Assembly: GCA_026025795.1 (NCBI GenBank)
Contig: JAPEUG010000134.1
Location: forward strand, 1 to 38,544
Direction: 5' to 3'
DNA length: 38,544 nucleotides
Source: Thelocarpon superellum
Lineage: Eukaryota
Both the position numbers and the translations under genes were made by a program. Shown here piece after piece: positions 22,501 through 32,868 of this stretch (its first letter is position 1; each line of letters begins with the position of its first letter). The notes under the pieces were generated by a model, which searched no databases, was not told where the DNA came from, and was given only the letters and a program-made list of their open reading frames with translations.

Positions 22501-23916
22501 AAGATCCCCCAGCCCTGTACGGCCCAGTGCGGCGAGCACCATGCTGCGGCCGGACCCGGCTCGATCCGTCAGTGCCCCGGGCGGGCCGACCATGGCTGCT
22601 TCATCGCGGCCCGTCCTCCAGCAGCAACGCTCCATACAGCCGGCGATCACGCCAATCGTTGCGAAACCCTTGCCCACCGCAGGAGTTTTGGTACCGACGG
22701 ACGTGGTGGAAGAGGAGCAAGGATTGAGCGATACAGAAGATGAACAGATCCGACGAGAGCTAGCCACGGAGGTCAAGGGGACGACGTCGCTCGAGCCTTT
22801 TCTCGCGCATCAGGATTATATCGGCCATGTGAACAAGCCAGGGATTCCCGGACAGATCGAGCGGCTGTATCGGGACATCAATTCGATGATCGATACCCTC
22901 GGGCTTAATGCCCGCTCGCTGAAGTCGTTCATTAAGGGTCACAGCGAGCAGTATAAGGATGGTGGCCGGGCGCGGGAAGACCTCGAAGATGAGGAGGACT
23001 GGTGCTTGATCGAGATCGACGACCTGGGCTTCGTGGAGAATGATCTGGCGGACCAGCTGGAGGAGGGTCGGGTGCGGGATGTGCAGGGCAAGATCGATCT
23101 ATGTCTCGAGCTGCAGAAGGATCTCGCGCGAGGTAGGTGCTTCGATGATGGATGCCAGGCGTACCGAGTACTGCCACTGACGAGGACGCAGTGCGTGCCA
23201 AGCACCATGACCTGAAGAAGATGATTGATGGCCGGATGGATCCCTCCCAGGCCGCCCTCCTTCGATCGGCGCCGCTGAGCAGCGAACAGACGGCCCAGCA
23301 GAATGAACTCCGTCGCGGCGTGACGCACTTGCAGAAGGCGCTGGTCGAGGCGGAAGAGAGTATATCGGTGCTCAAAGCCAAACTGGCGACGCACCAGCAG
23401 GCATCTTCGACGCAAGCCACTCCGACCGTGGACGCGGTGCTGAAGACCATTCAGAAGATGACGAGCATTGCGGAGCAGAAGAGCGGGGACATTGACGTAC
23501 TGGAGAACCAGATGCGCAAGCTACGGGTCCAGTCGGCGGAGAGCGAGGATCACGACGGCGGCGACGAATCCTCCATGTTTGCTACACCACGATCGCACAT
23601 GACGACCAAGTCGAAGCGCACGTCGGCAATGAGCAGCCGGACGCTCTTCTTTACGCCAGAGAGCCACCGCAGTACACCCGGCAGCGCTGGCCGCATTGGC
23701 GGCGGCGGCTTCAACGCCTCCTTTCGCAGCTCGCTAGCCAGTTCCTTCTCGGCGTCGCGCGGCGGCACGCCATCACGGACCAAAGCGCTGGCCGAGATCG
23801 GGCCCGAAGATGTGCAGCGCACGGCGGTCAAGACGACGCGCAAGAAAGCGGTCTCTGTCAAACTTCGCGCAGCGCTACTTGAGGCCGGGCCGCGCGTGAG
23901 GACCTTTGATGGTTGA
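19573..23916 (+). CDS. NUP159: Nucleoporin Nup159/Nup214 orthologue (N-terminal beta-propeller, FG repeats, C-terminal coiled coil), 3 exons
   Basis: ATG 19573 (MAFSFGG...GPDLEEIQAE), intron 19693-19753, then GLGFLAL...LLPTPW...ASLLSIAS.KGLVAAAGP and VSWSTRGKQL propeller motifs. Many AFG/TFG/LFG repeats; C-terminal FLAHQDY, IERLYRDINSMIDTLGLNARSL, PTVDAV..TI.KMT..AEQKSGDIDVLE. Intron 23133-23191; TGA at 23914-23916. Confidence 0.92.
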
Positions 23917-24030
23917 TGACAGATGGAACACGGCGATGTGATGTGTGTGATGTGATAATGGGAAACGATGGAAGGTTTGGTGGAAACGGGGGGCTGGTTG
24001 CATGGCATGCCGCCTTGTAGAACAGAGCAA

Positions 24031-24080
24031 CAGAGCACAGCAGAGCACAGCAGAGCACAGCAGAGCACAGCAGAGCACAG
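24031..24080. repeat. (CAGAGCACAG)5 decamer tandem repeat downstream of NUP159
   Basis: Five perfect copies read directly, with degenerate flanking copies. Confidence 0.95.
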
Positions 24081-24175
24081 CACAATGCAGTAGTTCAGCA
24101 CAATACTAGCATGAAACTGACCTCAATTCATTCACTGCTCCCCTTTGCCACTCATTGTACATGGACAAATAGAAA

Positions 24176-24400
24176 GCAAAGTCTATCGTCAGATGTCGCG
24201 GCCCCCGGCCCCGGAGCTCTCGTAACACAAGGAGATAATATAAGATCAGGCCGACCATATATATCTGGGAGGCAGGGAGCTGCGACGTCCGACAATAGAG
24301 TTAGCTCGCTCTCGTATCCGTATATGCGGAGCCATCTAAGTGCTGAGATATCAACAAGTCGGACGTGCGCGGCTCCAGGCCCTCGTGGGCTTTCGAGGGC
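24176..24400 (+). repeat. Copy of a dispersed palindromic (hairpin) repeat family, inverted relative to 37981-38250
   Basis: aagtctatcgtcagatgtcgcggcccc...ctcgta..caagga...gatcaggccgaccat...cgacgtccgacaatagagttagctcgctctcgtatccgtata...ctaag...gtcggacgtgcgcggctcc..gccctcgtgg aligns collinearly with the reverse complement of about 37981-38174. Arms 24276-24293 and 24358-24376 form an inverted repeat. Confidence 0.8.
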
Positions 24401-24486
24401 GAGTGTAGAAGGATACAGATGTAGAAAAACGACGACCAGAGGACCAGCGGAGCATAGCCTGATCGATCGATCGATGGATCGACCAA

Positions 24487-25260
24487 TCAATCCTCACTGG
24501 CATCCAGGCCAGGCAGGGCCATCGCGTCCATCTCCTCCTGCGTCACATTCCGCCACTCCTCAATCGGCAACCACTGGATGAGCGCCACGTTACCAAAGCC
24601 ACCGAACCAATACACGTCCGTGACGACGAGGCGGGCCCACTGGGACATGTGCACGGATCCCGGACCAGGCACCCATGGTTTCGAGTCCGGGTGCGCGGCA
24701 AGGAAGCACTTCGCCACGTCCTGCTGGGCAATCTCCTCCGCGCTCAGCGCCTCAATGTACCCCGTCAGGCTGAAGCGGGGCAGTGCGGCAGGCGAGGCGG
24801 CGAGCGGCGAGGACGGATCCGGGTGCCATTCGACGCACAGCGAGACATTCGAGCCCGCGGCCGCGTTGATGAAGGGCGGGTCGACGGATATGGCGGCAAA
24901 GGTCGGATTGCCGTTGTGCTCGCAGTCTGCGAAGTATTCGGGGAGTGCGATGGGCGTGCCGGGGGGCGAGGGCGGCTTGGCGTCGTCCTGGAAGATGGTG
25001 GCTAGAACTCCGTATTTCTCGAGGGAGAGGATCTTGCGCGCTTGGATCGCCGACTCGTGCACGGTTGGCCGGCCGGAGGCTTGACGGGTGCTGTTGATGT
25101 TGCTGATGGCGCTGGACTTGCCGATCGTGTTACTGTCTGCGGGATTGTAGTGCACTGGTCCTGGCCAGCCGACAACGGCGGGCGGTAATGCTTGTGCGAG
25201 CATCGGTGTTGACGCCGCGCCGGCGAGCAAGACCGCCGTGATGACCTTGAGCGAATACAT
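24487..25260 (-). CDS. Secreted CREG-like / pyridoxamine-5'-phosphate-oxidase-like FMN-binding split-barrel protein
   Basis: Intronless 257-aa ORF with signal peptide MYSLKVITAVLLAGA. Family motifs PTVHESAIQARKIL...GVLATIF, EYFADC..NGNPT, N.AAGSNVSL, LPRFSL.GY, CFL.AHPDSK.W.PG and YWFGGFG. Confidence 0.85.
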   Translation of the reverse strand: MYSLKVITAVLLAGAASTPMLAQALPPAVVGWPGPVHYNPADSNTIGKSSAISNINSTRQASGRPTVHESAIQARKILSLEKYGVLATIFQDDAKPPSPPGTPIALPEYFADCEHNGNPTFAAISVDPPFINAAAGSNVSLCVEWHPDPSSPLAASPAALPRFSLTGYIEALSAEEIAQQDVAKCFLAAHPDSKPWVPGPGSVHMSQWARLVVTDVYWFGGFGNVALIQWLPIEEWRNVTQEEMDAMALPGLDASED

Positions 25261-26599
25261 GTCTGTATGATCTGGACCTAGACCTTCTGGGTGGAGATCT
25301 CTGTGTGAGTGTTCGTGATCAAGGTCGATGAAACGGCTCGACGAGTTCGAGTTGCTCTCTTCTCAGCGAGTAAGCCATGTCGCAGCGGTTAAATGAATGC
25401 CCCGACGATGAAGCCGAGCGAAAAGACGCATGAATTAGAACCTTTTCATGTGTCTCGCGCGATTTGAGCTGCTACGTCAGGACAAATCAGGAATGAGGGT
25501 TTGAAGGAGGAGCCCGACACGTCTAGCTCCATAATAAGAGCCACGATAAGTGGACGTGGGATTTAGCTGTCTTTCTGGCAGGTTGTAAGGCTACAACGCT
25601 CGTGCACCGCCTTGGTCATAACAATCCAGATGGGGAGATGGGGAGATGGGGAGGGAGAGGGAAGGACAGTAGTATGAGAGTAATGTTTACGGCGCGTGAG
25701 GTGTCTCGGCACTCAGAGGGGAAGGAGGACGAGGAGGACAAGAAGAGTGTAGTGGCCGGCAGATGGGTTGGGTACGAGTAGGATCGCATGTCGCGTAGAA
25801 AATGGATCGTCCTTTCGCCAAATCCCGGCGTCTGTTATGCCCGCAACCTTGTTCTCCAAGGCTGAATTCCTGTCCAGAAGATGGAACTGTTGCAGGATTC
25901 GTCCCAGGAAAGTAGCCAATGAGGACTGTCAAAATGACAGACAGTTCCTGCTGTGTATGAGAAGAACGCCGAGACTGGGTCTCTGCACAGAGAAGATGCT
26001 TGCCAATTCGACTGGAGACAAGGAAGTACAGCTACAACGGAGCCCTTCAAGCTGGCATCCACAATGTCTGTGACGCAACTACGTTGTACCTAGGAGACGC
26101 CCTACGTATTACCTAAGCAACAATGTACCGTATAAGCTAAGAGCCTAGATAGAGGACAAGAACCTCATTCACCTCCACGCGTAACGTGCGCTTACAATGT
26201 TCCAGCCGCCAGTTGATCATGGCAAGCTCGTGTCCGATGGCCAAGCGCGGCACTGAGACGTGAAACATTGAAAGGCCGAGTTGTCGCTTGATCTCCGCCC
26301 GAGGTGGACACGTACAGAGTGTGGCACATTGTGTAGCAGGGCGGGTGGCGTAGCGGAGCGATCATTGCGGGGTCGTAGGTCCGCTTGGCCAGTTCCCCAC
26401 CTAGCTGTATCCGTGGCCGAGGTTGAACAGCGTGCGTATCAGACCACCCATTCCCAAATACTGGTCTGCACCGCAAATGTAGGAGGCTCCAATCGAGCAT
26501 GATGTCATATTCAGCCCGAGACATTGCTCAAGGCCGAGAACTTCAAACTTCAGAATCCATGCCGCATCTGTCCGTCGAATTCGTAGATCGACCTCCGTT

Positions 26600-27940
26600 A
26601 TGGCCACACCCACCATGCGCGCCGTGGTCTTTCACGGGCCTAGACACATTGCCCTGGAGGACCGGCCCATCCCCAGCATCCAAGAGCCCGACGAGGTCAT
26701 TGTCAAGGTGGACTACTCCGCCCTCTGCGGAAGTGAACTCCATGTGTATCGAGGCCATCAGCCTAGCCCGACGGGCTTCATCATGGGACACGAGTTCACC
26801 GGCACCGTCACCGAGCTCGGGTCTGGCATCCGCTCGGTGATGCTAGGAGACAAGATCGTGGCGCCCTTTACGGTCTCATGGTAACCGTCGGCCGGTATCA
26901 CCCAGAAATTACACGTCATAATGGACTCGATAGCGGTGAATGCTTCTACTGCCGGAAGGGCTTTTCATCACGCTGCGAGCGTGGAAAGCTGTTTGGCTCT
27001 GCAGCGCTGGACGGGGCACAAGCACAATACGTACGCCTCATTGAGCGCCTCCGTCCTCGGCGCAGCATTCAGGACTAATGTCTCATAGATCCGGATCCCA
27101 CTGGCGGATTCAACGGTCGTCAAGGCCCCGGCCGGCATCAAGGACGAGACGCTGATTCTCATGGCTGATATCTTCCCCACCGGCTACTTTGCCGCGTACA
27201 ATGCCTTTCGACAGATGGAGCCTCAACATATTGCCGATTGTACCGCGGTGGTGATTGGATGTGGGCCTGTTGGTGCGCACATCAGACATGAGCAACGATG
27301 GAGAAGTCAGCTGATAAATGCAGGACTGTGTGCTGTGGTAGCGGCATCGACGTATCGTCCGAAGCATCTCCTGGCCGTCGACTCTGTCCCCTCGCGCTTG
27401 GAGCGAGCCCGGTCGCTCGGCGCCGAGCCTTTCAACTTTCAGACGGACCGAGAGGGGTTAGAACAACGCATTCATGAGCTGACGGAGGGCCGAGGAGCCG
27501 ATGTCGTCATGGAGGTCGTCGGTCTCAGTCCTGCGCTCCAGCTGGGTTTCGACCTCCTCCGACCATGGGGGATCGAAAGCAGCGTTGGGGTACATAATGG
27601 AGAGGTGCGCGGGACCTCCGGCTGAAGTGATTAGTCATGATACTGATCGGTACCGTCCGCCGCGGGGCAGATTCCATTCAATGGCAGCCAAGCCTATGGC
27701 AAGAATTTGAGGTTGCAGATGGGTCGGTGTCCGGTCCGGTCCATCTTCGAGCCCGCGCTAGAGATGCTGAAAGAGAAGCAACATCTTTTTGGGTGAGTCA
27801 TCCCACGGTCAGAGGACGAATGCTCACGCCGCCCCAGTTTCATGGCCGACAAGATTTTGCCACTGTCGCGGGCCGAAGAAGGGTATGAATTGTTCGACAC
27901 GATGAAGGTGCAAAAGGTCATCTTCCAGGCGCAGAAATGA
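26600..27940 (+). CDS. Zinc-dependent medium-chain alcohol dehydrogenase (MDR family), 6 exons
   Basis: MRAVVFHGP, LCGSELH, GHEFTG (catalytic Zn), CGECFYCRKGFSSRC (structural Zn), ADIFPTGY, IGCGPVG (NAD binding) and GRGADVVMEVVG. Introns 26881-26933, 27031-27088, 27273-27323, 27605-27670, 27793-27837; TGA at 27938-27940. Confidence 0.92.
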
Positions 27941-29297
27941 AGGGGCGGAAGAATGTCTCTGAAGATGCATTTGTAGGAGATGCTGCACTTGGTTGAGCCG
28001 CAACGAGGAAATAAAAGCGATGAAAAGGTAAGATATGGTCCACGCAATACGTCATTGCAGATATGGAGCGGTGTGAGGTGGCGGGAGCAGGAGAAACGTG
28101 CGCTCTGGACCTCTGGCCGTTCAGGTGACACAACATCTCCGCCTCGAATACCGTACTCGCCGAGCGAATGAGAGCCCCAAGAGGCTCACGTGTGGGGGAA
28201 CAAGACCGGGCGGCGGGCATAGATTTACGTCGTCTTGTACGACCCACCGTGACAGCTCGCTTGCTCTTTCAACGGTGCACATTTCTTAACGCTAGGTCGT
28301 GCGACCTGTACGGTAGGGGGTTTGCGGAATTCACCGGACGAGGGAGTCAATTCACCCCCGGGGCATAAAGAGCCCCTGAAGAGCGAGCAAGGAGCACTCC
28401 CTGCAATTCCAGTATTGCAAGATGGTTTATTGTGGAGCACTCCCACTGCTTGTGTACCGTGCCAGATATTTATTGTGGAGCGCGCCCATCGATCCAAGCT
28501 AGATATGGGCGTATAGGTGGTTTTGGTGAGAGGCTTTGCTAAGGCTGCATAGACTAACATCTGTCGGATGTTAGGTAGAGATTCGCAGTCAGTTCCTACA
28601 GGCGTCCGGTCATTTCTGCAAACCCCCTCCCGTACGCTGTCGTGATTGTGTACGCGTGCGAGCACTCGTAGGTCGACATTGCCACTCCAAACTAGACCCG
28701 TCTCGTCCATCGCCTCCAGCTCTCCGCGGGCAGCTTAGCCGTGCCCCACCGCTCTGGCTGGCAATTCTGCTCGGATCCGGCCTCCTGGCGGTCAGGACTC
28801 GAGCGTACGAGTAGAAGACGACTTCCGTCCTACTAGGCCACAAGCAATCCCCCGCCATGGGTGTGGCCCGTCCGTGGGCCAGAGGGACGCTCCACTCTCC
28901 ATTGTCTTCCGCGTCGCCCGCGCCAACTCCCCCCAAATCGCCACTTCGTCGTACATTCTGATACTGAGGGATTTATGCACCTCTACGTTTCATCGTCCTC
29001 CTCCACTCTATCTTCATCATGGCACGTTTATGACCCGTATAGTGGTCGGCATGACCCAATGATACGTGTGGAACGGTGCCCGACCTTAATTGCGATGCCT
29101 GCCCCTCACTAGCCATCATCTTGAACCGAGGAGCTCTGAGGTGAGCTCGGAGCGTTATCGGATCGAAGCCTACCCAACACCTTCTGAACTTGCAGCATAA
29201 ATACGAAGAGTAGCTGAATGTAAGGAATCCTTGCTTTGATCGGCTGTCCATCAATTGATCTTGATAGTGGCTACTCGCGCTACGAACGTGCTCGACC

Positions 29298-32200
29298 ATG
29301 GATTCACCGGAGTCTCCCATTGCTCCGGACGAAGAGCTGAAGCATCTTGACGTGGAGAAGCACGATGGCCAGCAGCGTATCTCCTTTCGCACGCCCGTTC
29401 ATCCGTCTCAGGCCAGAGACGGGGCCCCCCTCAGCCCCACGGACGAGGGCGAAGCCAACGAGCGTCAACCACGCATTGCCTTCCGTTCGCCCTCCATTGA
29501 TACTCATGGCCGACCTCGCCGACGCCGCCGACGGTCCAACAGCCGTGACACCATCAGCAGCATCCAGAGCCGGGCCCAATCGACCGCGGGCATTCCACTC
29601 GAGTATCGGTCGTTGTCCATGCAAGTCTCGGAGTCGCACAATGTCAGCCAAGGTCTCGTGGAACCCAGCATCCATCACAAGCGCCCGGACGACGACCGAT
29701 TGTATTTTGAGCAACTCACCTTCCACACCGTAACCGTCGATCAAGTCTGCCAGCAGTTCAATGTCTCCTTCAACCAAGGTCTCAGCGCTGAGGCTGCAGC
29801 CCGTCGCCTCCAGCGGGATGGCAAGAACACCGTGGCCAAGCGCCGGGAGAACTACTTGCTCAAGGTGCTCGGGTACATCTTCGGTGGCTTCTGCTCCATC
29901 CTGTGGATTGGCGTCATCATCTTCTTCCTCTGCTGGCGCCCTTTGAGTGACCCACCCTCCGTGCCGAACCTCGCCTTGGCTATCCTCGTCATCATCGTCA
30001 TCCTGCTCCAGGCGAGCTTCTCCGCTTTTCAAGACTGGTCCACCCAGCGGGTCATGAACTCCATTCTCGACATGCTTCCCTCCGAGGCGCACGTCATGCG
30101 TGACGGCAACTTGATCAAGATTTCGGCCGTCGACCTGGTGGCCGGGGACATTGTGCACATCTCGATTGGCAACAAGGTTCCCGCGGACATGCGTCTAATC
30201 GAGACCTCGGGCGACATTCGTTTTGATCGGTCGATGCTGACGGGCGAGTCCGACGAGGTTGAAGGCGCCATTGATGCGACGGATGACAACTTCCTTGAGA
30301 CGCGCAACATTGCCGCCATGGGCACTAACGTGACGAATGGAAATGGCGTGGGTATCGTCGTCTTGACAGGGGGGCGGTCCATCATGGGCCGGATCTCGAA
30401 AATGACGACCGGCGTCAAAGATAAGCCGACGCTCATCCAAAAGGAGATCTCGCGCTTCATTCGCATCATCATCGCCCTGACGCTCTGCTTGGCCCTCCTT
30501 ATCCTCTGCAGTTGGATCGGATGGCTTCGCGTACGGCACTTTGCCTTTATGAATGTCGTGGCCATGCTGAATGATGTCATGGGCTGTGTCGTGGCGTTCA
30601 TCCCCGAGGGAGTTCCCGTCGGTGTGGCCTTGACGCTCCTGATGATCGCCCGTCGGATGAAGCAAAACAACGTGCTGCCCAAGGGGCTGGCGACGGTGGA
30701 GACGCTGGGTTGTGTAAACGTGATCTGCTCAGACAAGACGGGCACGCTGACGGAGAACAAAATGGTGGTGACGACGGTGGGCTTCGTGGATCAGCAGGGC
30801 AGCGTGGGTGAAGCGGTTGCCGGTCTGACCGGCAAGGAGCCGTCGAAAGCCCTCGAGGAACTACATCGAGCATCCACATTGTGCAATGATGCCACCTTCG
30901 ACCCGCTTTCGATAGATCTCCCCATCGATGCACGCAGTGTCAACGGGAACGCGACCGATGCCGCCGTCCTCCGCTTCGCCGAGACAGCTGGACCGGGTGC
31001 AGCGATACGCACGGCTCATCCCAGGATGTTCCAGATCCCGTTCAACTCGAAGAACAAATGGATGCTCACGATGCACCGCGACCCGGAGTCGACGGGAGAA
31101 GAGGAGAACCCTCGTTTCTTGGTTTACGTCAAAGGCGCGCCTGATATCCTTCTTCCCCGATGCGCAGCATACTGGCGACGTCAAGATAACACGGTGTGCC
31201 CGTTGGACGAGGCGGCCAAATCCGACTTCTCGGCATTGCAGGTTCGACTGGCGAAGAACGCAGAACGAGTGATTCTGCTCTGTCAACGACTGTACACGCC
31301 GACGGCGGTGCTCGGCTCCAATTACTTTGGCGACGAGATCACCAACGAGGGTGTGCAAGACCTGACCATCATCGGCGTGGTGGGCATCACCGATCCGCCG
31401 CGAGCCGAGACGGCACAGACGGTGGCGTCATGTCGTCGGGCAGGGGCTCGTTTCTTCATGGTGACGGGCGACTTTGGATTGACGGCAGCCGCTATCGCTC
31501 GGAACGTGGGCATCTTTACGGGGAGCGGCGAGCCGGATCTCTATTTCGACCTCACGGGGAAGGGTGGCGAAGTGGACAACAAGGAGCTCGCTCACACCCG
31601 ACACAGCCTGCTACTCGAAGGGGCTAGCATTAACAAGCTGACCGCGGGAGACTGGGAGGTGGTGTGCCGGTATGAGGAGATTGTCTTTGCACGGACGACG
31701 CCGGAGCAGAAGCTTCGCATCGTCAACGAGTTCAAAGCGCGCGACTACATCATCGCGGTGACGGGGGATGGTGTCAACGATGCACCCGCCCTCCGAGCCG
31801 CCGACGTGGGCATCGCCGTGGTCTCGGGGAGTGACGTGGCGATCGAAGCGGCGGATCTAATTCTCCTCGACAAATTCGACTCCATCATCGAAGCCATCCG
31901 GCTGGGTCGGCTCGTGTTCCAAAACTTGCAGAAGCTCATCTGCTATCTCCTTCCCGCGGGCAGTTGGTCCGAGATCTGGCCGGTGATTATGAACGTATTC
32001 TTCGGCGTGCCTCTCCCGTTGAGTTCCTTCCTGATGATCATCATCTGCGTCTTCACGGACCTTTTCCTCTGCCTAGCCTTGATCATGGAGCGGGAGGAAT
32101 TCGACCTCCTCGACCTACCCCCACGCAACCATAAGCGCGACCACCTCATCAACCTCAAGATCTACATCCAGAGCTACCTGTTCATCGGCGTCATGGAGAC

Positions 32201-32678
32201 CATCTGCGCACACGCCATGTTCTTCCTATACATGTACCGCACGGCGGGGATTCCATTCCACGCGTTTGTCTTCGCCTTTGAAGCGTACACGGACGGATTC
32301 TACGGCTACACCGGCGCAGAACTAGTCCACTTCAACAGAGTGGGCCAATGCGTATATTTCGTCACGCTCGTGATTTTGCAATGGGGCAACATCCTGTCGG
32401 TGCGCAACAAGCGTCTTTCGATCCTACAGGCGGACCCCTTCTTCGACGCAAAGCGCCGGAACCCGTACCTGCCGCTGGGCGCGCTCATTTCTCTCATCAT
32501 CGCCGTTTTCGTTACCGAGGTCCCGGGGATCCAGAACCTGTTTGGAACCGCGTCGGTCCCGCTTGAGTTCTGGTTCTTGCCTCTCCCTCTTGCTCTCGGT
32601 ATTCTCGCCATGGATGAGCTGAGGAAGGTCGGGGTTCGTGCTTGGCCTCGAGGGTTTCTGGCTAGGATTGCGTGGTGA
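29298..32678 (+). CDS. P-type cation ATPase, Na+/K+-ATPase-like (fungal type IIC-related, probably ACU-type), single exon
   Basis: 1126-aa ORF with TGES (A domain), VAFIPEG (TM4), CSDKTGTLT (phosphorylated Asp), FNSKNKW, KGAPD, DPPR, MVTGD, VFARTTPEQK and VTGDGVND. IPFNSKNKWML and LGCVNVICSDKTGTLTEN resemble Na,K/H,K pumps. Confidence 0.9.
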   Translation: MDSPESPIAPDEELKHLDVEKHDGQQRISFRTPVHPSQARDGAPLSPTDEGEANERQPRIAFRSPSIDTHGRPRRRRRRSNSRDTISSIQSRAQSTAGIPLEYRSLSMQVSESHNVSQGLVEPSIHHKRPDDDRLYFEQLTFHTVTVDQVCQQFNVSFNQGLSAEAAARRLQRDGKNTVAKRRENYLLKVLGYIFGGFCSILWIGVIIFFLCWRPLSDPPSVPNLALAILVIIVILLQASFSAFQDWSTQRVMNSILDMLPSEAHVMRDGNLIKISAVDLVAGDIVHISIGNKVPADMRLIETSGDIRFDRSMLTGESDEVEGAIDATDDNFLETRNIAAMGTNVTNGNGVGIVVLTGGRSIMGRISKMTTGVKDKPTLIQKEISRFIRIIIALTLCLALLILCSWIGWLRVRHFAFMNVVAMLNDVMGCVVAFIPEGVPVGVALTLLMIARRMKQNNVLPKGLATVETLGCVNVICSDKTGTLTENKMVVTTVGFVDQQGSVGEAVAGLTGKEPSKALEELHRASTLCNDATFDPLSIDLPIDARSVNGNATDAAVLRFAETAGPGAAIRTAHPRMFQIPFNSKNKWMLTMHRDPESTGEEENPRFLVYVKGAPDILLPRCAAYWRRQDNTVCPLDEAAKSDFSALQVRLAKNAERVILLCQRLYTPTAVLGSNYFGDEITNEGVQDLTIIGVVGITDPPRAETAQTVASCRRAGARFFMVTGDFGLTAAAIARNVGIFTGSGEPDLYFDLTGKGGEVDNKELAHTRHSLLLEGASINKLTAGDWEVVCRYEEIVFARTTPEQKLRIVNEFKARDYIIAVTGDGVNDAPALRAADVGIAVVSGSDVAIEAADLILLDKFDSIIEAIRLGRLVFQNLQKLICYLLPAGSWSEIWPVIMNVFFGVPLPLSSFLMIIICVFTDLFLCLALIMEREEFDLLDLPPRNHKRDHLINLKIYIQSYLFIGVMETICAHAMFFLYMYRTAGIPFHAFVFAFEAYTDGFYGYTGAELVHFNRVGQCVYFVTLVILQWGNILSVRNKRLSILQADPFFDAKRRNPYLPLGALISLIIAVFVTEVPGIQNLFGTASVPLEFWFLPLPLALGILAMDELRKVGVRAWPRGFLARIAW

Positions 32679-32868
32679 TCACTCTTACGGTCTCTGTGAT
32701 GCTTGGGTATGACGTACACGATCTGGGAGTAGAAGATTAAGTAACAATCGGGACGCTAAGTTGGATCTGACCACTATACGCCGCATAAATCCATCCATCT
32801 ACCCATCCATCCCTCTATATCCCCCATCCCATCGCATCCAAAAGCCATATGAGCTGCCATCTGTCCCG

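Noticed and set aside
21823..22776. Long antisense ORFs (317 aa here; also 10079-10963, 29304-30158, 34895-35893)
   Set aside because: They mirror well-supported genes on the other strand, which is expected in GC-rich coding DNA.
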